Shown piece after piece: positions 40,126-53,979 of a stretch of 64,000 nucleotides of DNA; position 1 is the stretch's first letter, and every line of letters starts with the position of its first letter. Where the stretch lies: NCBI RefSeq assembly GCF_009914755.1, contig NC_060928.1. One strand, given 5' to 3'. The stretch is from the human T2T-CHM13v2.0 reference genome, Homo sapiens. Made by a program: the position numbers and the translations under genes. Below the pieces are notes generated by a model that was not told the origin of the DNA, did not search any database, and saw only the letters and a list, made by a program, of their open reading frames with translations.

Positions 40126-41004
40126 CTACCCTGGTTTCTGCCAGACTCCAGATGAAAGCAGCAGAGGACAGAGGACATTCTCAGGAAAGACTAGGGAAAG
40201 AGCTGGAGGACAAACAGGAGGCTCTCTTACCTCAAATTGCAAGTCATGATAAAAATAGTAAAGAGGAAGATAGCATTTTAGTGACTGTTGGAGGCACATG
40301 ATCCAGCATGTGTGAATAGCAGTGGCTGGTATGGAGTTAGAGCATAGGCAATAAACCAGCCTCCTGGAAAGGTCGTGAATGTGGAGTCCAAGGAGGGAAT
40401 TAAGAGTATGGCCTTAAAAGAAAGACACTTAGGTATACCTAGACCACAATTGGGCTCTGGAATATTGTTATATTAGGTTTACTCTAAACCTATTTAAACC
40501 ATAGTCTCTGACTCTATCTACTTTAATTGGGCAAATAGGCTGTGGAACATATTCATTATTCGCCATTCTTTTTCTTCCCACTGCAAAACAAAGTTTGTGA
40601 TACCCAAGAAAACTCAAAACATTTATGAAGCCTTTTATTTTACAATAACAATTGGTACTTAAAAATAAACATTGATATTTTAAATACAAATGTAATTTAT
40701 CCTGATATATTTCAATTAGACAAATCTATCTATGTACTAATGACTAGATTATTTTTAGTACTATATTTTCATAAATATTTACTTTGGTGCTAGAATTTAT
40801 TTCACGGGGTATCCTAGACACAACTGAGATAAAATTTTGTTAAAATTTTTCAATATGTTGAACAAACTGATAATATACAGTAATATACAGGAATAGAAAA
40901 GAAGAATTATTATTTTTTTTAACAGTTCTTTCTTACAATATCTCAATTTCTGGCAGTTAGGACAGGAGTGAGTCAAAATAGCTTTTTAAATACCTAAGAT
41001 ATGA

Positions 41005-41175
41005 ATTAGCTGGACGTGATATCACATGCCTATAATCCCAGCTGCTCAGGAAGCTGAGGCAGGAGAATCGCTTGAATCCAGGCAGAGGCTGTAGTGAGCT
41101 GAGATAGTGCTACTGCACTCCAGCCTGGGTGACAGAGCAAGACTCTGTAAAATAATAATAATAATAATAATAATA
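41005..41175 (+). mobile_element. Alu right arm only with (AAT)n tail
   Basis: attagctgg...gctgaggcaggagaatcgcttgaa...gacagagcaagactctgt. Confidence 0.9.
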
Positions 41176-43119
41176 TATGGCATAGTTTTCTAATTCCTGA
41201 CAGAGTTCTCTTTAGGTGTGGACCTGTCATGTATGCAACAGTATTCAGAAATCTAAAACAAGCACCAAGTTTAGAGATGTTACAAATCTCAGCATCTTTA
41301 AATGGTAAGACATAAGCTGATGAAGGAAAGAGTGCAGACATGATGATGCTAGAATCAAATGTCTCAAGGTCGATTTAAATAACCAATTACATTGTGTTCA
41401 AATGGGTTACACAGGTTTAAGTAGTATTAATGAAACAAATTCAGCAGTACTTTTAAAATCACTCCTATGCCTAGCATCTAACCACTTTAAATCTGTCCTT
41501 TCTTACTTAGCTGCTGTGGCGTATCCTTCAGACCATAAAGCTCTTTTCACTTTTCCCAAGGCTCACATTTCATCTGATGCTTTTCACTGCATTGCTTAAG
41601 AAGGCTAAATTTGCCATGTTAAACTTAATTCACATTTAAATACTTACACAAATAAAGTTATAAAAATGATTCATTTCACGATCTTGACATTTTTGACCAA
41701 ACTCAGGAAGCTAAGGATAGACAGTACTGCAGTGTTGAAGAGCAATTAGCAATTAGGAATATTTTAACTGAAAGAAAATCACACAGTATCCTATTTCTTT
41801 AAAATGATTTCCCCATTAAAGGGAGGAGAATAAAACCTGACATTGGATAGTAAAAGTCATTAAAAGAAACGTAATACAATTGCAAATAGGAAAAAGTACT
41901 GCCAGAAAGAAAATGGTGTGACTAAGATGCCTGCAACTGTGGTTAGCAGTGAAGAACTATAGCACTTTGAACAGTAAATCACATTTACTGCAATATTGGA
42001 ATGTAGAGTTTTTTCCTCAAAAATATTCTGCCTCCTTTCCTATGCATAAGTGATCCTGGCCATAACTGATCATTATGAATAACCAACCCGACATTTGAGG
42101 CATTGATGGAAAATTGATGGCATTCATTTTTATGATTTCTTATTCTATAAACATCAAGTAATACCACATAGTTTAGAAACTGGGTACTTTCTTAAAATTA
42201 ATGAACCTCTTTAATTCTTCCAAACACAATGGTTACTATCTAACACAATAGTAAAATTTCCATTTCCAAGCCTCTAACTGAGCTCATGTAGTGGAGAGTA
42301 TATTTTATGAATTGATTCAAAGCAACTCCTTTAGGCTCTCACTAAGTAGGTACAGTACAAAGTGATACCGGCCCTATGAGTCAGTTAGTCTTACTGCAGT
42401 TAAATATATACAAAGAGAAAGAAAACCATGCAGCATCCTAGAATCTGGGCTTAAAATCAATTTGTGTTGAGAACAAAAATGTCTCCTTTATAAATACTTA
42501 TAAAATAGGATTTCAGATTATATGTTCAGCATTGAATGATGTATATTATTCTTATTAATGTTTCATAAACATATGTATAAAAACAATATGCTTCACTTTG
42601 CTTCTAAGTATTAAGTAGAATTATTGCAGCATCTGCTTCCAATGGTTGAGTGCACAAGCTATTCATGCCTTGTCATAAATTCCATGATGCATTAAGATGT
42701 CATTAAATGTACCTTCTGTGGTTGTCTCCTAATTTACATACCTTGTAAATCATCAGGTAAAAATCAAGAGAGCTGAGGAATAATCTCCTATGCTCTTCCC
42801 TTCTGCCACGAACTCAGTGCCATTCATAATCTTCATCCTAAACTGTATCCATCTCAAATGCTTCTTTGAGACTATGCCTCGGAACACTTGGTAATGTATT
42901 TAATAAAAACAATTATTAATGGTTTCTAAATGGTGTTTATGAGTATAGAAACAAACTTAGGGAGTAGGCTAGCAGAGTATACAGTTAACAATGCCAGTTA
43001 AGTGTGGAGTAAAAAAGGTCACCTTTTCAAAGAGCCAGCAAGAAGAAATTGTAAGAAAACTGGGATTAACAGTGTCTCTTTTCTCTCAGTCTTGTTTTTA
43101 ATGCCCTCACCATATGGTT

Positions 43120-43360
43120 CCTAGAGCACAGAATCTCTGTATTAAACAAAGCTTAGAGCTCACCTGGTACAACTTCCACCTACTGCAGGATTCCCATAGA
43201 TTAGTGTCCATCTGTTGCCTGAGCACATCCAGAAATGAGAAGCCCACAATTTTGTAAGAAAGTCCATCCAATTTGTCATTTGGATTAACTTGCTTTTCAG
43301 TTCTGGAAGGAAAACCCTTATTTAACTTATGATGCCTTGTTTTCTCCTGTTTCACAATAA
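43120..43360 (-). mobile_element. CR1/L3 LINE remnant
   Basis: acagaatctc..ttagagctcacctggtacaac..tgcaggattccc..acatccagaaatgagaagcccacaa. Confidence 0.4.
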
Positions 43361-44166
43361 TGAACAGTGGTTATTTTCCTTCAGTTTTCAGTGGCCAGAC
43401 TGTAGATTTCTCATGTTAAGCATCACTCCTTTGTTAAAGGACAATGTCATTGCAATATCATTCCTCTGATTTCTGTTACCTAAGGCATTTAGCCCAGAAG
43501 CTGCTAATAAAACTAACATCATTTCCACCTGCCTGACTAAGTTACAATTGTAAGGATGCTGGGCAATTTTGACTGGGAAGAGTACATTTGCATTTTTAGT
43601 AAACTAAACTTAGAACATTAATAATGTTTTTTCTATTGTAGAGAAAGATAGGAATTTTAATGTTGACTATTGCATTTTGATGAAGTTTTGATGAGATTAA
43701 TATCCAAAAGAAATCTAACATAAAAGATTTTTAGGACAATGTCATTGAGAATGGATAAATATGTATGAATTTTGTATCCAAGACCTTAACAAGAGGAGAA
43801 TAATGGGGAATAAGATAGGAAGCATCAAGTCATTATTGAGCAATACATGAATCTGAAATGAATCATAATTTTGCCAGATTAAATCAATTTGTTGCATTTT
43901 GAATTTATTTCTTCCAGAAGTTTTTTAATAAATAAAATAACCTTTTATTTCTAGATCAGATTTTCTTTTTCATATGTTATGTGACATGTGACTTACAGAT
44001 TGTAACAATTCCAACCACTAAAACCAGAGGTCACTTGTCATAGGTTTTAGAAGATGAACCTCTAAAGCTTTGTCTTAGAGAGGAGAGGAAGACATGGTTA
44101 CCAAATGATAGACAGTTTTTAAAACACTGTGACATATAGAAGAGACCTCAGCTCCTTGTTTTCCTT

Positions 44167-44167
<1 letters not shown>

Positions 44168-44202
<35 letters not shown>
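44168..44202. repeat. poly(T)35
   Basis: Direct read. Confidence 0.95.
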
Positions 44203-44205
<3 letters not shown>

Positions 44206-45868
44206 CAAAATACATACATTGGTCTTTGCAACAGGGACTTCTTGAACTGCTGTTGAAAGGAGGATAGTGAGAAATGGGAATTTCTTGCAGTATCTAATCC
44301 GTATTAAAAGCACCAAGTTTCCTTTTGTTTCTGTCCCTCAGAAAAACACTAGTGTCCCAAGGAATCAAGGGAAGGGAAGACAATGCATATGGGGTAGAGA
44401 GGTCAGCCATAGGAGAGCAGAGAAAGTTGTTTAATTTTAAAATGTATTAAAATATTGTGCACTGCTTTAATAGAGCATTTTGCAACATGTTTTTCTTTTG
44501 AGGTGCACTACAGGCAATTCCAAGAAGCAAGTATCAAGAGAAAAATACAGGCAGCAGAAACAAATCGAAGTGTACCAGCTTCTCTGACATTTTTCTCCTC
44601 TTCCATCTGTGAGGTTTCTTTGGGCACACCAGGTCTAGAAAACCAATTTTAAATGTCACTCTCATCAGAACACAATCATATTTTCTATCAAATGGAAAAG
44701 CAGATTCATTCTCAATAATAACACGTATACAAGATTAAACCTGTGTTAACTCAGCTTCTCAGAAGGAATTAAGATCCTGTTAATGTCAGAGAAAACAAGC
44801 ACACACTTCCCACATGTTATGATTTAGAAACTAAATTTTCCTTGTATCCTAATCAGTGACAATTATTTAGAAATCTCGGAAATGAGTTTACGTAGACAGT
44901 ATAAGGCTGGAAAGCTAATATAAAAAAGTTCACAGAGAGAAAAAACTTTTTTTAGATTTCAAAGTCATATAAGTTTTTGTATGGTGGATTTCACAGAACA
45001 AATATTAAAGATATTTGCAGATTACACCAGGCCTTTGAGTCAATCTCAGATTTACATAAATTGAAAAATAGAAAACATCTTTAAAATCACCCATCTTTGC
45101 CCTAGTCATCAGAAAAGAAAATTGAGACTTCCTTACCTTGCTCTTATCCAAGTGAAACTGGACACTTGGTAGTAGAAATAGGACCAAAGCTCTTGGCTCT
45201 CATTTTTCACTCAGTGTTTTTTCTTTTACACAACATACTGAAAAGTCCAACAGCTTTGCATTCCCTTTTTGTAACTTTAACCATGTGACTCCTGAGTACC
45301 AGAAATCATAATATTTCAAAATAATGATATATATCATGTTTTGCTTTCTATATATACACTTTACTAGGCAATTTGGATTCATTTATTCTAACTTATTTGA
45401 GTAAAGTTTGATTGAAAACAAACCTTTTACACAAGCTTAGAAAATGACTCATGAGTCTAAAGTTACAGAGACTAATTTCAGGAACAGTAGTAGTTAGAAA
45501 ATTCTAACCTCCTTGTTCCATTTCTCCATTCTTCATTTCTGTTTTTCTTTTATATTAAACCTGTTTTACCCCATTCTATCTCTCTCTCGAGAAGTTCTTA
45601 GCCTCATCTTTCTAGAAATTTGACCAGACAAGAGGGTTCGAGTAGTCATAGACCCATCAATCCACTGATACCTCCAAAGACTAAAACCAAATTCCTGAAG
45701 AACCTCTTCCTCTTCCTCATCTTTCTTCTTCCTCTTTCTTTTTATCCTCCTTCGTTTCTCTCTCTCTCATTTTTAATTGATAAGTAAGATAATCTGATAG
45801 TCTTCCTTTCATTAATTACAATAAACTTTTTTGAAATTCTATACAATTCAACTGATATCTATCTTCTA

Positions 45869-45916
45869 AACACACACACACACAGAGAGAGAGATAGAGA
45901 AAGAAAGAGAGAGAGA
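45869..45916. repeat. Compound (CA)n(GA)n microsatellite
   Basis: Direct read. Confidence 0.8.
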
Positions 45917-46700
45917 AACATACATTGTTTGCCTAACAAAATAGTGAATTCCTTAAGGTCAGGTGCCACGTTTTATGCTTCTTTTATATCCTCCAGAACA
46001 CTGAACACACAATTGATAATAAATAATATGATTGATTGAACTGTCCATGCTTGCCATGAATTTTGATGCAGTCTAAGACAGTTTCCCTGAATTACTCCCT
46101 CAATGATTAGCCATGATTGTCTTCAGTTTCTGACATTCAGAAGTATGTGACAAATTCCACTCTTTTCGCAACTTAATGTATTCAGATGGGAAAGGATTTG
46201 AAACTTAGTTTCCAATGATGGTAAGAGTCATTCCCTTTGTATCCAGAGAATATTGTATAATGGAAAAATATACTAGAGTTCCGTAGTCTAATTTCACTTC
46301 TTTCTCTAATAATGTAACCATGGGGATATTACTGAAACGCTCTGGTTTCAATTTCTTCATCAAATGCCCAGATTATAAAATTGTAGAAGAATATGGAAGA
46401 AGGCAAAGTAGACAAGAAGCTTACAAACTGTGTTCAGTCCATTCTGAGGTCCCTGTGGTACTTGGACCTTTCTGAGAGAACTTAATTAGTTGCTTAGGGA
46501 GAAGTGGCCAAGAGGGGAAAATTCAATAAGGTGCAGCTTTGTTAGTCCCTTCAAACTTCAACGAAGGGCCTCTGTTTTTATTGGCTGTCGTCCGTTTCAG
46601 ACATTGGAATTCTGTTATATGCTTTCCTCTGAAAAGTTTTGCTGCCATTTTTTCTTAACTCTAGAACTCAATGATATTTCAACTTTTAAGTTGTGTGTGA

Positions 46701-46953
<253 letters not shown>

Positions 46954-47789
46954 AGAACTCTCTGAGGAGTTAGAATGTCCTGCCTGTTTTACCTTTCTCA
47001 TTCTCCAGCTTCTGCACAGAGTCCTGTGGCCCACAATGTGGCCAGGAGAAAGCCAGTCCGTAGAGCCTTTGCAGGAGACACAGTAGAGGCCCAGTGTGGC
47101 ACAGTGAAGGTGAAACGTCCAGATCAGAAGAACCTGGTGGACTACCACTGGCAGTCTTCTGGTCTCTCTGTCATCAAATGAAACTGGCATCAGATACAAC
47201 CTTTCCCATCTTGCTTTTTTTTATGAGAAAAACACCTGGAGCCTGGAGAAAGAATAAACAGAAAAATTCCAAATGTATATGAAAGTATCCAAATTACAAG
47301 TTTGAGAATTACTGCTTATAGGGGGCAAACACAAGTTGGTGGGTTTTTAAAAGTAGGTCTTATTTATGTTTTATTTCTCTTGTCTGGAGGAAAAGTGGGG
47401 GTATGGGGCACTGAACACAGTAGTGAAAATTGAATGATTAACATTTTATCTTTAATTGACCATTGATGAAGCATTTTTGCTGTGCCAAATATTGAATTAG
47501 ACACAGTTGCTCTCCAATGACGTCATTTTTTGTTAGAATTTTTTGTATTGCTATCCAACTCTAATCCATTCTCATGCCAAAAAAACAGAGAATCAATTAG
47601 GGACAGTAGTGTCTGTGGGATCCTGTTTTGAGAAGCATAATGTGTGGTTTTTCAGAGTTAAGTCTATGTTTCTATGTAGTAATCCATGATCATCTCTGCT
47701 ATGTAGGTAGTCCCTCCTTGCCATATTTTACTTGGCAGAAATATTTAAGAACCCATTCATGGATGAGTACTCCAGAAACCTATCCCTGA

Positions 47790-47895
47790 CATATATATGT
47801 GATATATTTATATATGATATATTTATATATATATCACATATATATGATCTCACATATATATTTTTTATATATATGTATATACATAACATATATAT
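47790..47895. repeat. Degenerate (TA)n low-complexity tract
   Basis: Direct read. Confidence 0.85.
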
Positions 47896-48050
47896 GAGTG
47901 ACCTATTGGACCATACAACAATGACTATATGTACACTTACTCCTCTGCCAAAGATTTTCTGCATTATGGTTTCGTGTGCAATATAAACCATTTCACCACT
48001 GCTTCAGACATGAAAGTTGTATCTTACCACATGTTATCTTACTGAGTGTC

Positions 48051-48550
48051 TGTATCAGTTAGGAGTTGTGTTTTGTTACTCATAACGCATATCAGACTCT
48101 AGCAGCTGCAAAAAATTAGTGTTCATCATCTCACAAAAGAACAGGTCCAGCAGTAGACATTATAGAGTTGGCAAGGTGACTTCATAATGTCATCAAGCAC
48201 TCTGGCTCCTTCCATTTTTCTGTTCCACATCCTTCTTCGTCTATTCAAAGTGAGAAGATGGCATTAGAACTCCAAATACCATTTGTGTATTGCAGCACAA
48301 AGAAGGGCAAGGAGAATGAAAGGGCAAGGGGCAAAAAGGCTCCTCCCAGCCAGCTGAGCTCTATTTGAAGCCATTTCAGTAGTCTCACCAACCCCATGTG
48401 TCTATATCTCATTGACTAGAACTTGCTCACAGGGTCAAAACTGGTAAAGAAGGGATGTACATGTAGCATATTAGCTGTATCATGGGACTGGATTTCTTCC
48501 TAAGAAAGGAGAGAAAGGATATTAAGTAGTAACTAGCAATTTCTGGCACA
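48051..48550 (-). mobile_element. MLT1J-like MaLR LTR
   Basis: tgtatcagttagga...aatgtcatcaagcac...tctcattgactagaacttg...gtaactagcaatttctggcaca. Confidence 0.6.
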
Positions 48551-49709
48551 GTGGCCCAAAATTTACCAGGTATTTTATTTAATTATTTTTAATGGCTTCA
48601 TGTTTTGATTATATGTATCCTTGAATTATATTGCTTTCGAATTATGCATTCTCATGGATAGCACAGTTCATACATAGAATGTCAAATAGGACCAATTATG
48701 AGTAGAAAAGTATTACTGCGTGTGTATTTAAAAAAGAAAACACTGAGGCAAGTTTATTAATTTGCTTAAAATTACATTAAAATAATTTAAAGAGGAAAGC
48801 CCTAATGTCTGAAGACTCCTTTTTGCCAAGTGATATAAGCAGAAAGCTAAAACGTTTTTGAGATTCTAAAGAGATTGATAGCATAACATTAAATATCTGA
48901 AAATAATAAGAATCATGAAAAAAATACTTAGGTTTCTGTTCTCAGTGATGAGTAAATTGTTAAGGTATTTTAAGGTATTTTATCCTTATATAATCTGTTA
49001 AGGTATTTTATCCTTATATGATTCTTCATTAAATAAAGAAAAGTGACTTTATATTTGACTGTACTTCAATACATAGAACAGATATAGTATAAATGTTGAC
49101 TTCTTAAATGAAAATCACAAAGTAGTAACTTCTCTAGTGAAATCCAAGGTCATTAAAAAACTACTCAGTTGATTGCATTGTTAACAGCTTTAAAAATTGT
49201 TTTCTTAATTTATTTTTAATCATTTTGACATTGATCATGCTCCCAAAGAATTTTATACCTAAAACAGCTGGTATACCCTAAAACAAATTTTAAATATTTT
49301 CATCTTGGTACAATTTCTACAACACAACTAAAAATTACATGCAATACCAAAACCATAGGCACACTCATTTAATAAAATAGATCAGCCTATTGTGCTATTT
49401 CTTTTAAATTTAGAAGAAAGAGCAAACAAAACACAAAACATTTCCAACCTTTACTAATCCCATGAGAGAAAAATGTATTTTCATCTAGTACTAATGGGAG
49501 AAATTTATTTCCTTCCCAGTATTTTATAACCCTAATATCAAGAAAGAAAGCCAGCTTTACACACTAACATTCATTCTAAGATTTACTGCATTGTTATTTT
49601 GCTATTTTATCATGGTGCCTGAAATTATATGAGTTTCAGAGTCATAGTATTAACAGACTAGGATAATATCACTTGGGATTTAAGTCTTACCTATCTTTGA
49701 GATAAATAA

Positions 49710-50480
49710 GACATAGCATCATGGAAACTTAGAACAGGAAAGAGGTCATTTAGCCCAATTTACTGCCCAATGAAGAAGTTTCCTCTATATCACTTTCAAC
49801 ATATCACCATCTAGTTTTGTGCAAACCTCAGAACCTAAGAAAATTTTTTCAATGTCTTATTAAAGTGTGCCTTGTAAGAAACATAAGAATCAATATTTGT
49901 CCAAATTTCCTTACACAGAGAATTTTCACCTCCCTTACTTGAGATGTTGCACTTCTACTGATGTAGCCTAAAATGCTTTCTCTGTCTTTGCACCATAGCT
50001 TACTGTTGTCGTAGTATGAGCTTAGAGCCAATTAAAATCACTAGGTTATTGTTATCTGAAATTCAGTTAAGTCACTTCTCTGAAAAATGTAATGAGGAAT
50101 ATTTTCAGCAGCTTTGTTGAAATCCAGATGTCTGCGGCCCTCACTATCCAAGTTAAATAATTCTGTCAAAACAGAAATCAAGAGAAATAAAAATTATTTT
50201 TATTTTCAATAAACACTCAGGCTTTATCAATACTTTCTTAAGTCCTAACATAATTTTGTTTAATTTCATTGAGATTGTTGCTGAAATCGATTGTATAAGT
50301 TTGTAGAAAGCAAACTTTTATAAGAAAGAAAAAAAAGTACAGATAACTTTCTCCTAGTCCTTCAAATTATCTGTAAGTCTTCGGTTATCTCCAATAATGG
50401 GTCTGTAATAAACACTTCAAATTCTCTCTTGTTCATTGAATACAACTTATCTGGGCAAGAAATGTGAACTTGTGTAATTA
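49710..50480 (-). mobile_element. CR1/L3 LINE remnant
   Basis: catagcatcatggaaacttagaac..gaggtcatttagcccaa; gctttgttgaaatccagat. Confidence 0.5.
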
Positions 50481-50699
50481 TAGAATATTATAATAATTAT
50501 GATGACTAGTATAAAATATAATAATTATAATTATCAGTTGATATCTAATAGTTTACTTATGAAGTTCAGGATTTTTTTTAAAATTAGATTTTGTTTATCC
50601 TTCTACCTTGAAGACTATTTGTTTAAAAGATTAGAAATTAAGTGATTCTTCTTTTTCCTCAAACTGGTTCACACTATATTACTTAGAGTACTGCATATT

Positions 50700-50885
50700 T
50701 TCCCTAGTTCAAAGTTTAGCATGCATAAATATCACCTAGTAAACTGTTAAGAAAATCTACCTATTTGGACTCCAGCTCTCGCCTCAGCAAGACTTGAGTG
50801 TGGCTCAAGAATCCACATTTTTTGAAATATTCCCCATGATTTTGATGCATAAATTACGTGGACTATAATTTGAGAAATATGGTCC
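50700..50885. mobile_element. MER5-type DNA transposon
   Basis: ttcaaagtttagcatgcataaatatcacct...ggctcaagaatccacatttt...tttgagaaata. Confidence 0.55.
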
Positions 50886-51402
50886 TATTTCTTTTACTTT
50901 GCAAGTATGTTAAAATTGTGTTATAAGAACTTGCTTTTATATCACTTCACATTCCTCCTAGATCATCTCTTTTGAGAGCATTCGCTCTGTGACAATGTCT
51001 ATACTTTCTTGAAGTTTTTGTGACCAGTTGTCTTAACATCAGAATTACATATCTAAGTATAAATTTATTTATATGGACATCATAAATTCCAAGATACGAT
51101 CACTTTATTTACTTACCCAGTATTAGATTTACTTTATTCATTATTGTTTAATTAGTTGTTTATAAGCCTATTCCCTTTTGTAAAAGATTGATCGCGATAA
51201 TAATACCTCAGTGAAACACAAAATTAAGAGAGAATGTTTATAGAAGTGTTTTATAAACTACAAAGCAGATATTTGTTTACTTTTAGGTCATAGTCTATAC
51301 AAGAAACAAATATTTTGTGACAACTTAAAGGTTAAATCCTACTTATCCTTACAAATTAATTTAGTTATAATAAAAATATGACATCACTATATTTTTCCTA
51401 TA

Positions 51403-51913
51403 TTGTTACTGAAGTAATAAACTAAAATTTTTCCTCACCCAGTACAAGGTTCATGCAGACACCCTTATAACAAAAGAAGATTAACTATAGAAAAGCATAT
51501 AAATGTATGTAATATAAGCCTGCAGAAATAAAGATGAAAAGATCTAGAGAAAGCTGTGTGCTTTCACACACAGACATGCAGAAGTATAACTAAAAGACAA
51601 AAGAGAAGGATCTAATGGTAATAAACTGGGGAAACTTAGTGAGGCCTGTTTGTTTAGATTATTTTTTGTGTTCTTGTGTGACATTTCTTTTGAGTGTAGG
51701 ACAAGACACCTGACATGAGGGTCTTCAGGGCAGAAAGAAAAAAGGTCAGCAAATGGCCTTCCTGGATTTTATGGCCTGCTTCAGAGAGAAGGCAGCAGGA
51801 GAACATCACAGAGACCTTCCTGCTTCTGCAGTTTTTCTCAGTGTCTTTCAGTATAAAATGCCCAGTAGGCCAAGGTGCCATATTTGGAGGGATCATGTTC
51901 TTGAACACTGGCA
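51403..51913 (-). mobile_element. ERV1 LTR, MER39/MER34-like
   Basis: Minus strand starts TGCCAGTGTTCAGAAC-like ...CCAAATATGGCACCTTGGC; TG...CA ends. Confidence 0.65.
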
Positions 51914-51929
51914 ATAATCATAATAACTA

Positions 51930-52165
51930 TGGGCAGAGCCTCCCTAATCTGAAAATCTAAAATCTAAAATGCTCCAAAATACAAATCTTTCTGAGTGCCA
52001 AAATGACACTCAAAGGAAATGCTCAGTGGAGCATTTCAGATTTCAAATTTTTGGATTAGGGATGCTCAACCTGTAAGTATAATGCAAATATTCCAAAATC
52101 TTACAAAATTCAAAATCTGAAAGAATTTTGGACCCCAGAAGTCTGGATGAGGAATATACAATATG
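51930..52165. mobile_element. Tigger4a (Zombi/MER46)-like DNA transposon
   Basis: ccctaatctgaaaatc..aaatgctccaaaat...ggagcatttcagattt...ggattagggatgctcaacctg. Confidence 0.8.
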
Positions 52166-52226
52166 CTCTACATAGTAATTGCTGTCATGTCTGGACATTT
52201 TTCTGAAGACTTTGTGTTTGTGTACT

Positions 52227-52780
52227 CTTAACAGAAAAAACAAACTTTATAAAATATTTGAAGAGGCTTTTTCTGAGCCAAAATCAGTGATGATGGCCTG
52301 AGAAACAGTCTCAAGAGTTCTTAAGAAAGTGTGCCTAAGACAGTCAGGTTACAGTTTGGCTTTATACATTTTTGGGAGACAAAAATTCAGGTAAATCATA
52401 AATCAACACATGGAAGGTGTACATTGGTTCAGTCTAAAGAGTTGGGATATCTTGAAGTGGTGACAGTGGGGACTTACAGGTCATAGGTAGATTCAAAGAT
52501 TTTCTAATTGGCAATTTGTTGAAGGAGCTAAGCCTTGTTTAAAGACTTAAACAGTGGCAATAAATGCTTGAGTTAAGATAAGGGGAGTTGTGGAGGCCAA
52601 GGTTCTTGCTATGTAGATGAAGCCTACAGAGAGAATAGAAGGTGATATCTCTTTTCAGACCTTAAAAGTGTCAGGCTCTCAGGCTCTCATTTCATATCTC
52701 CTAGATCCAAGGAAAGCCTAGAAAGGGAAGACCTGGTTGCATTAATGGATATCCTGCATGGATGCAAATTTCAAACCACA
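52227..52780 (-). mobile_element. MER4-type ERV1 LTR, partial
   Basis: ttctgagccaaa..agtctcaagag..aaagtgtgcctaag..gttacagtttggctttatacattt..gtacattggttcag. Confidence 0.7.
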
Positions 52781-52794
52781 GCCCTACTAAGTGG

Positions 52795-52950
52795 AAACTA
52801 TCATTACACCTCTTTTAGAAATTGAGGAACTAAGATTCAGTGATGCTGAGCTAGTGCATTGAGTCACAGAGCTAGTAATGAGAAGATGCTAGATTTAAAT
52901 ACAGTCAGAAAGGCCACAGCCTTAGTGCTTCTAACATTTGCACTATATTG
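52795..52950 (-). mobile_element. MIR SINE
   Basis: ttttagaaattgaggaactaagattcag..gagtcacagagctagtaa..agatttaaatacag. Confidence 0.6.
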
Positions 52951-53131
52951 CTTGGCAGTGGTAACACACAAGGTTATACAGGCAAATGTAGGCTCCATAA
53001 TGAGTTGAGATTTTTAAATTATTTAGTTTATCAAATCCAGCAGGTACCACACTGATTTTTATTTAACTAATAATTATTTAGGAGTGGTCTAAATATTTCT
53101 CTCTTACAGTAATCAAAGATCAATTATGTTT

Positions 53132-53947
53132 ATTTTTCTTTTTCTTTTATTTTTATTTTTACTTTTTATCTCCACAGGTTTTAAGGAACTGGTGGTTTTG
53201 GTTATGTGAATAAATTCTTTAGTGGTGATTTCTGAGATTTTGGTGCACCCATCACCCAAGCAGTATACACTGTAACCAATTTGTAGTCTTTTATTCCCCA
53301 CGCACTTCCCACCTTTTCCCCGGAGACCCCAGACTTCATGACATCATTCTCATGCCTTTGCATCCTCATATCTTAGTTCCCACTTAGGAATGGGAACATA
53401 CAATGTTTGGGTTTTCATTCCTGAGTTACTTCACTCGAATAATGGTCTCCAGTTCCATCCAGGTTGCTGCAAATACCATTATTTTGTTCCTTTTCATCAC
53501 TGAGTAGTACTCCATGGTGTAGATATACCACAATTTCTTTATCCACTCATTGATTGATGGGCATTTGAGCTGATTCCATATTTTTGCAATTGTCTAATTG
53601 TGCTGCTATAAATATGAGTGTTCAAGTATCTTTTTCGCATAATGACTTATTTTCTTCTGGGTAGATACCCAGTAGTGAAATTTCTGGATTGAATGGTAGT
53701 TCTATTTTTAGTTCTTTAAGGAATCTCCACATGTTTTCTAGAGTGGTTGAACTAGTTTACATTCTCACCAGCAGTGTAAAAGTGTTCCCTTTTCACCACA
53801 TCCCCACCAGGATCAATTTTTTTTTTGTTTTTTTGATTATGGCCATTCTTGCAGGAGGAAGGTGATATCGCATTGTGGTTTTGGTTTACATTTCCCTGAT
53901 CATTAGTGATGTTGAGCATTTTTTCATATGTTTGTTGACCATATGTA

Positions 53948-53979
<32 letters not shown>

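Noticed and set aside
44100-44320. Processed pseudogene ending at poly(T)35
   Set aside because: No polyadenylation signal at the right distance, no TSD and no recognisable parent ORF
45137-45238. Minus-strand exon candidate ending AAG|GTAAGG
   Set aside because: Looks MIR-derived, has a weak acceptor and no other support
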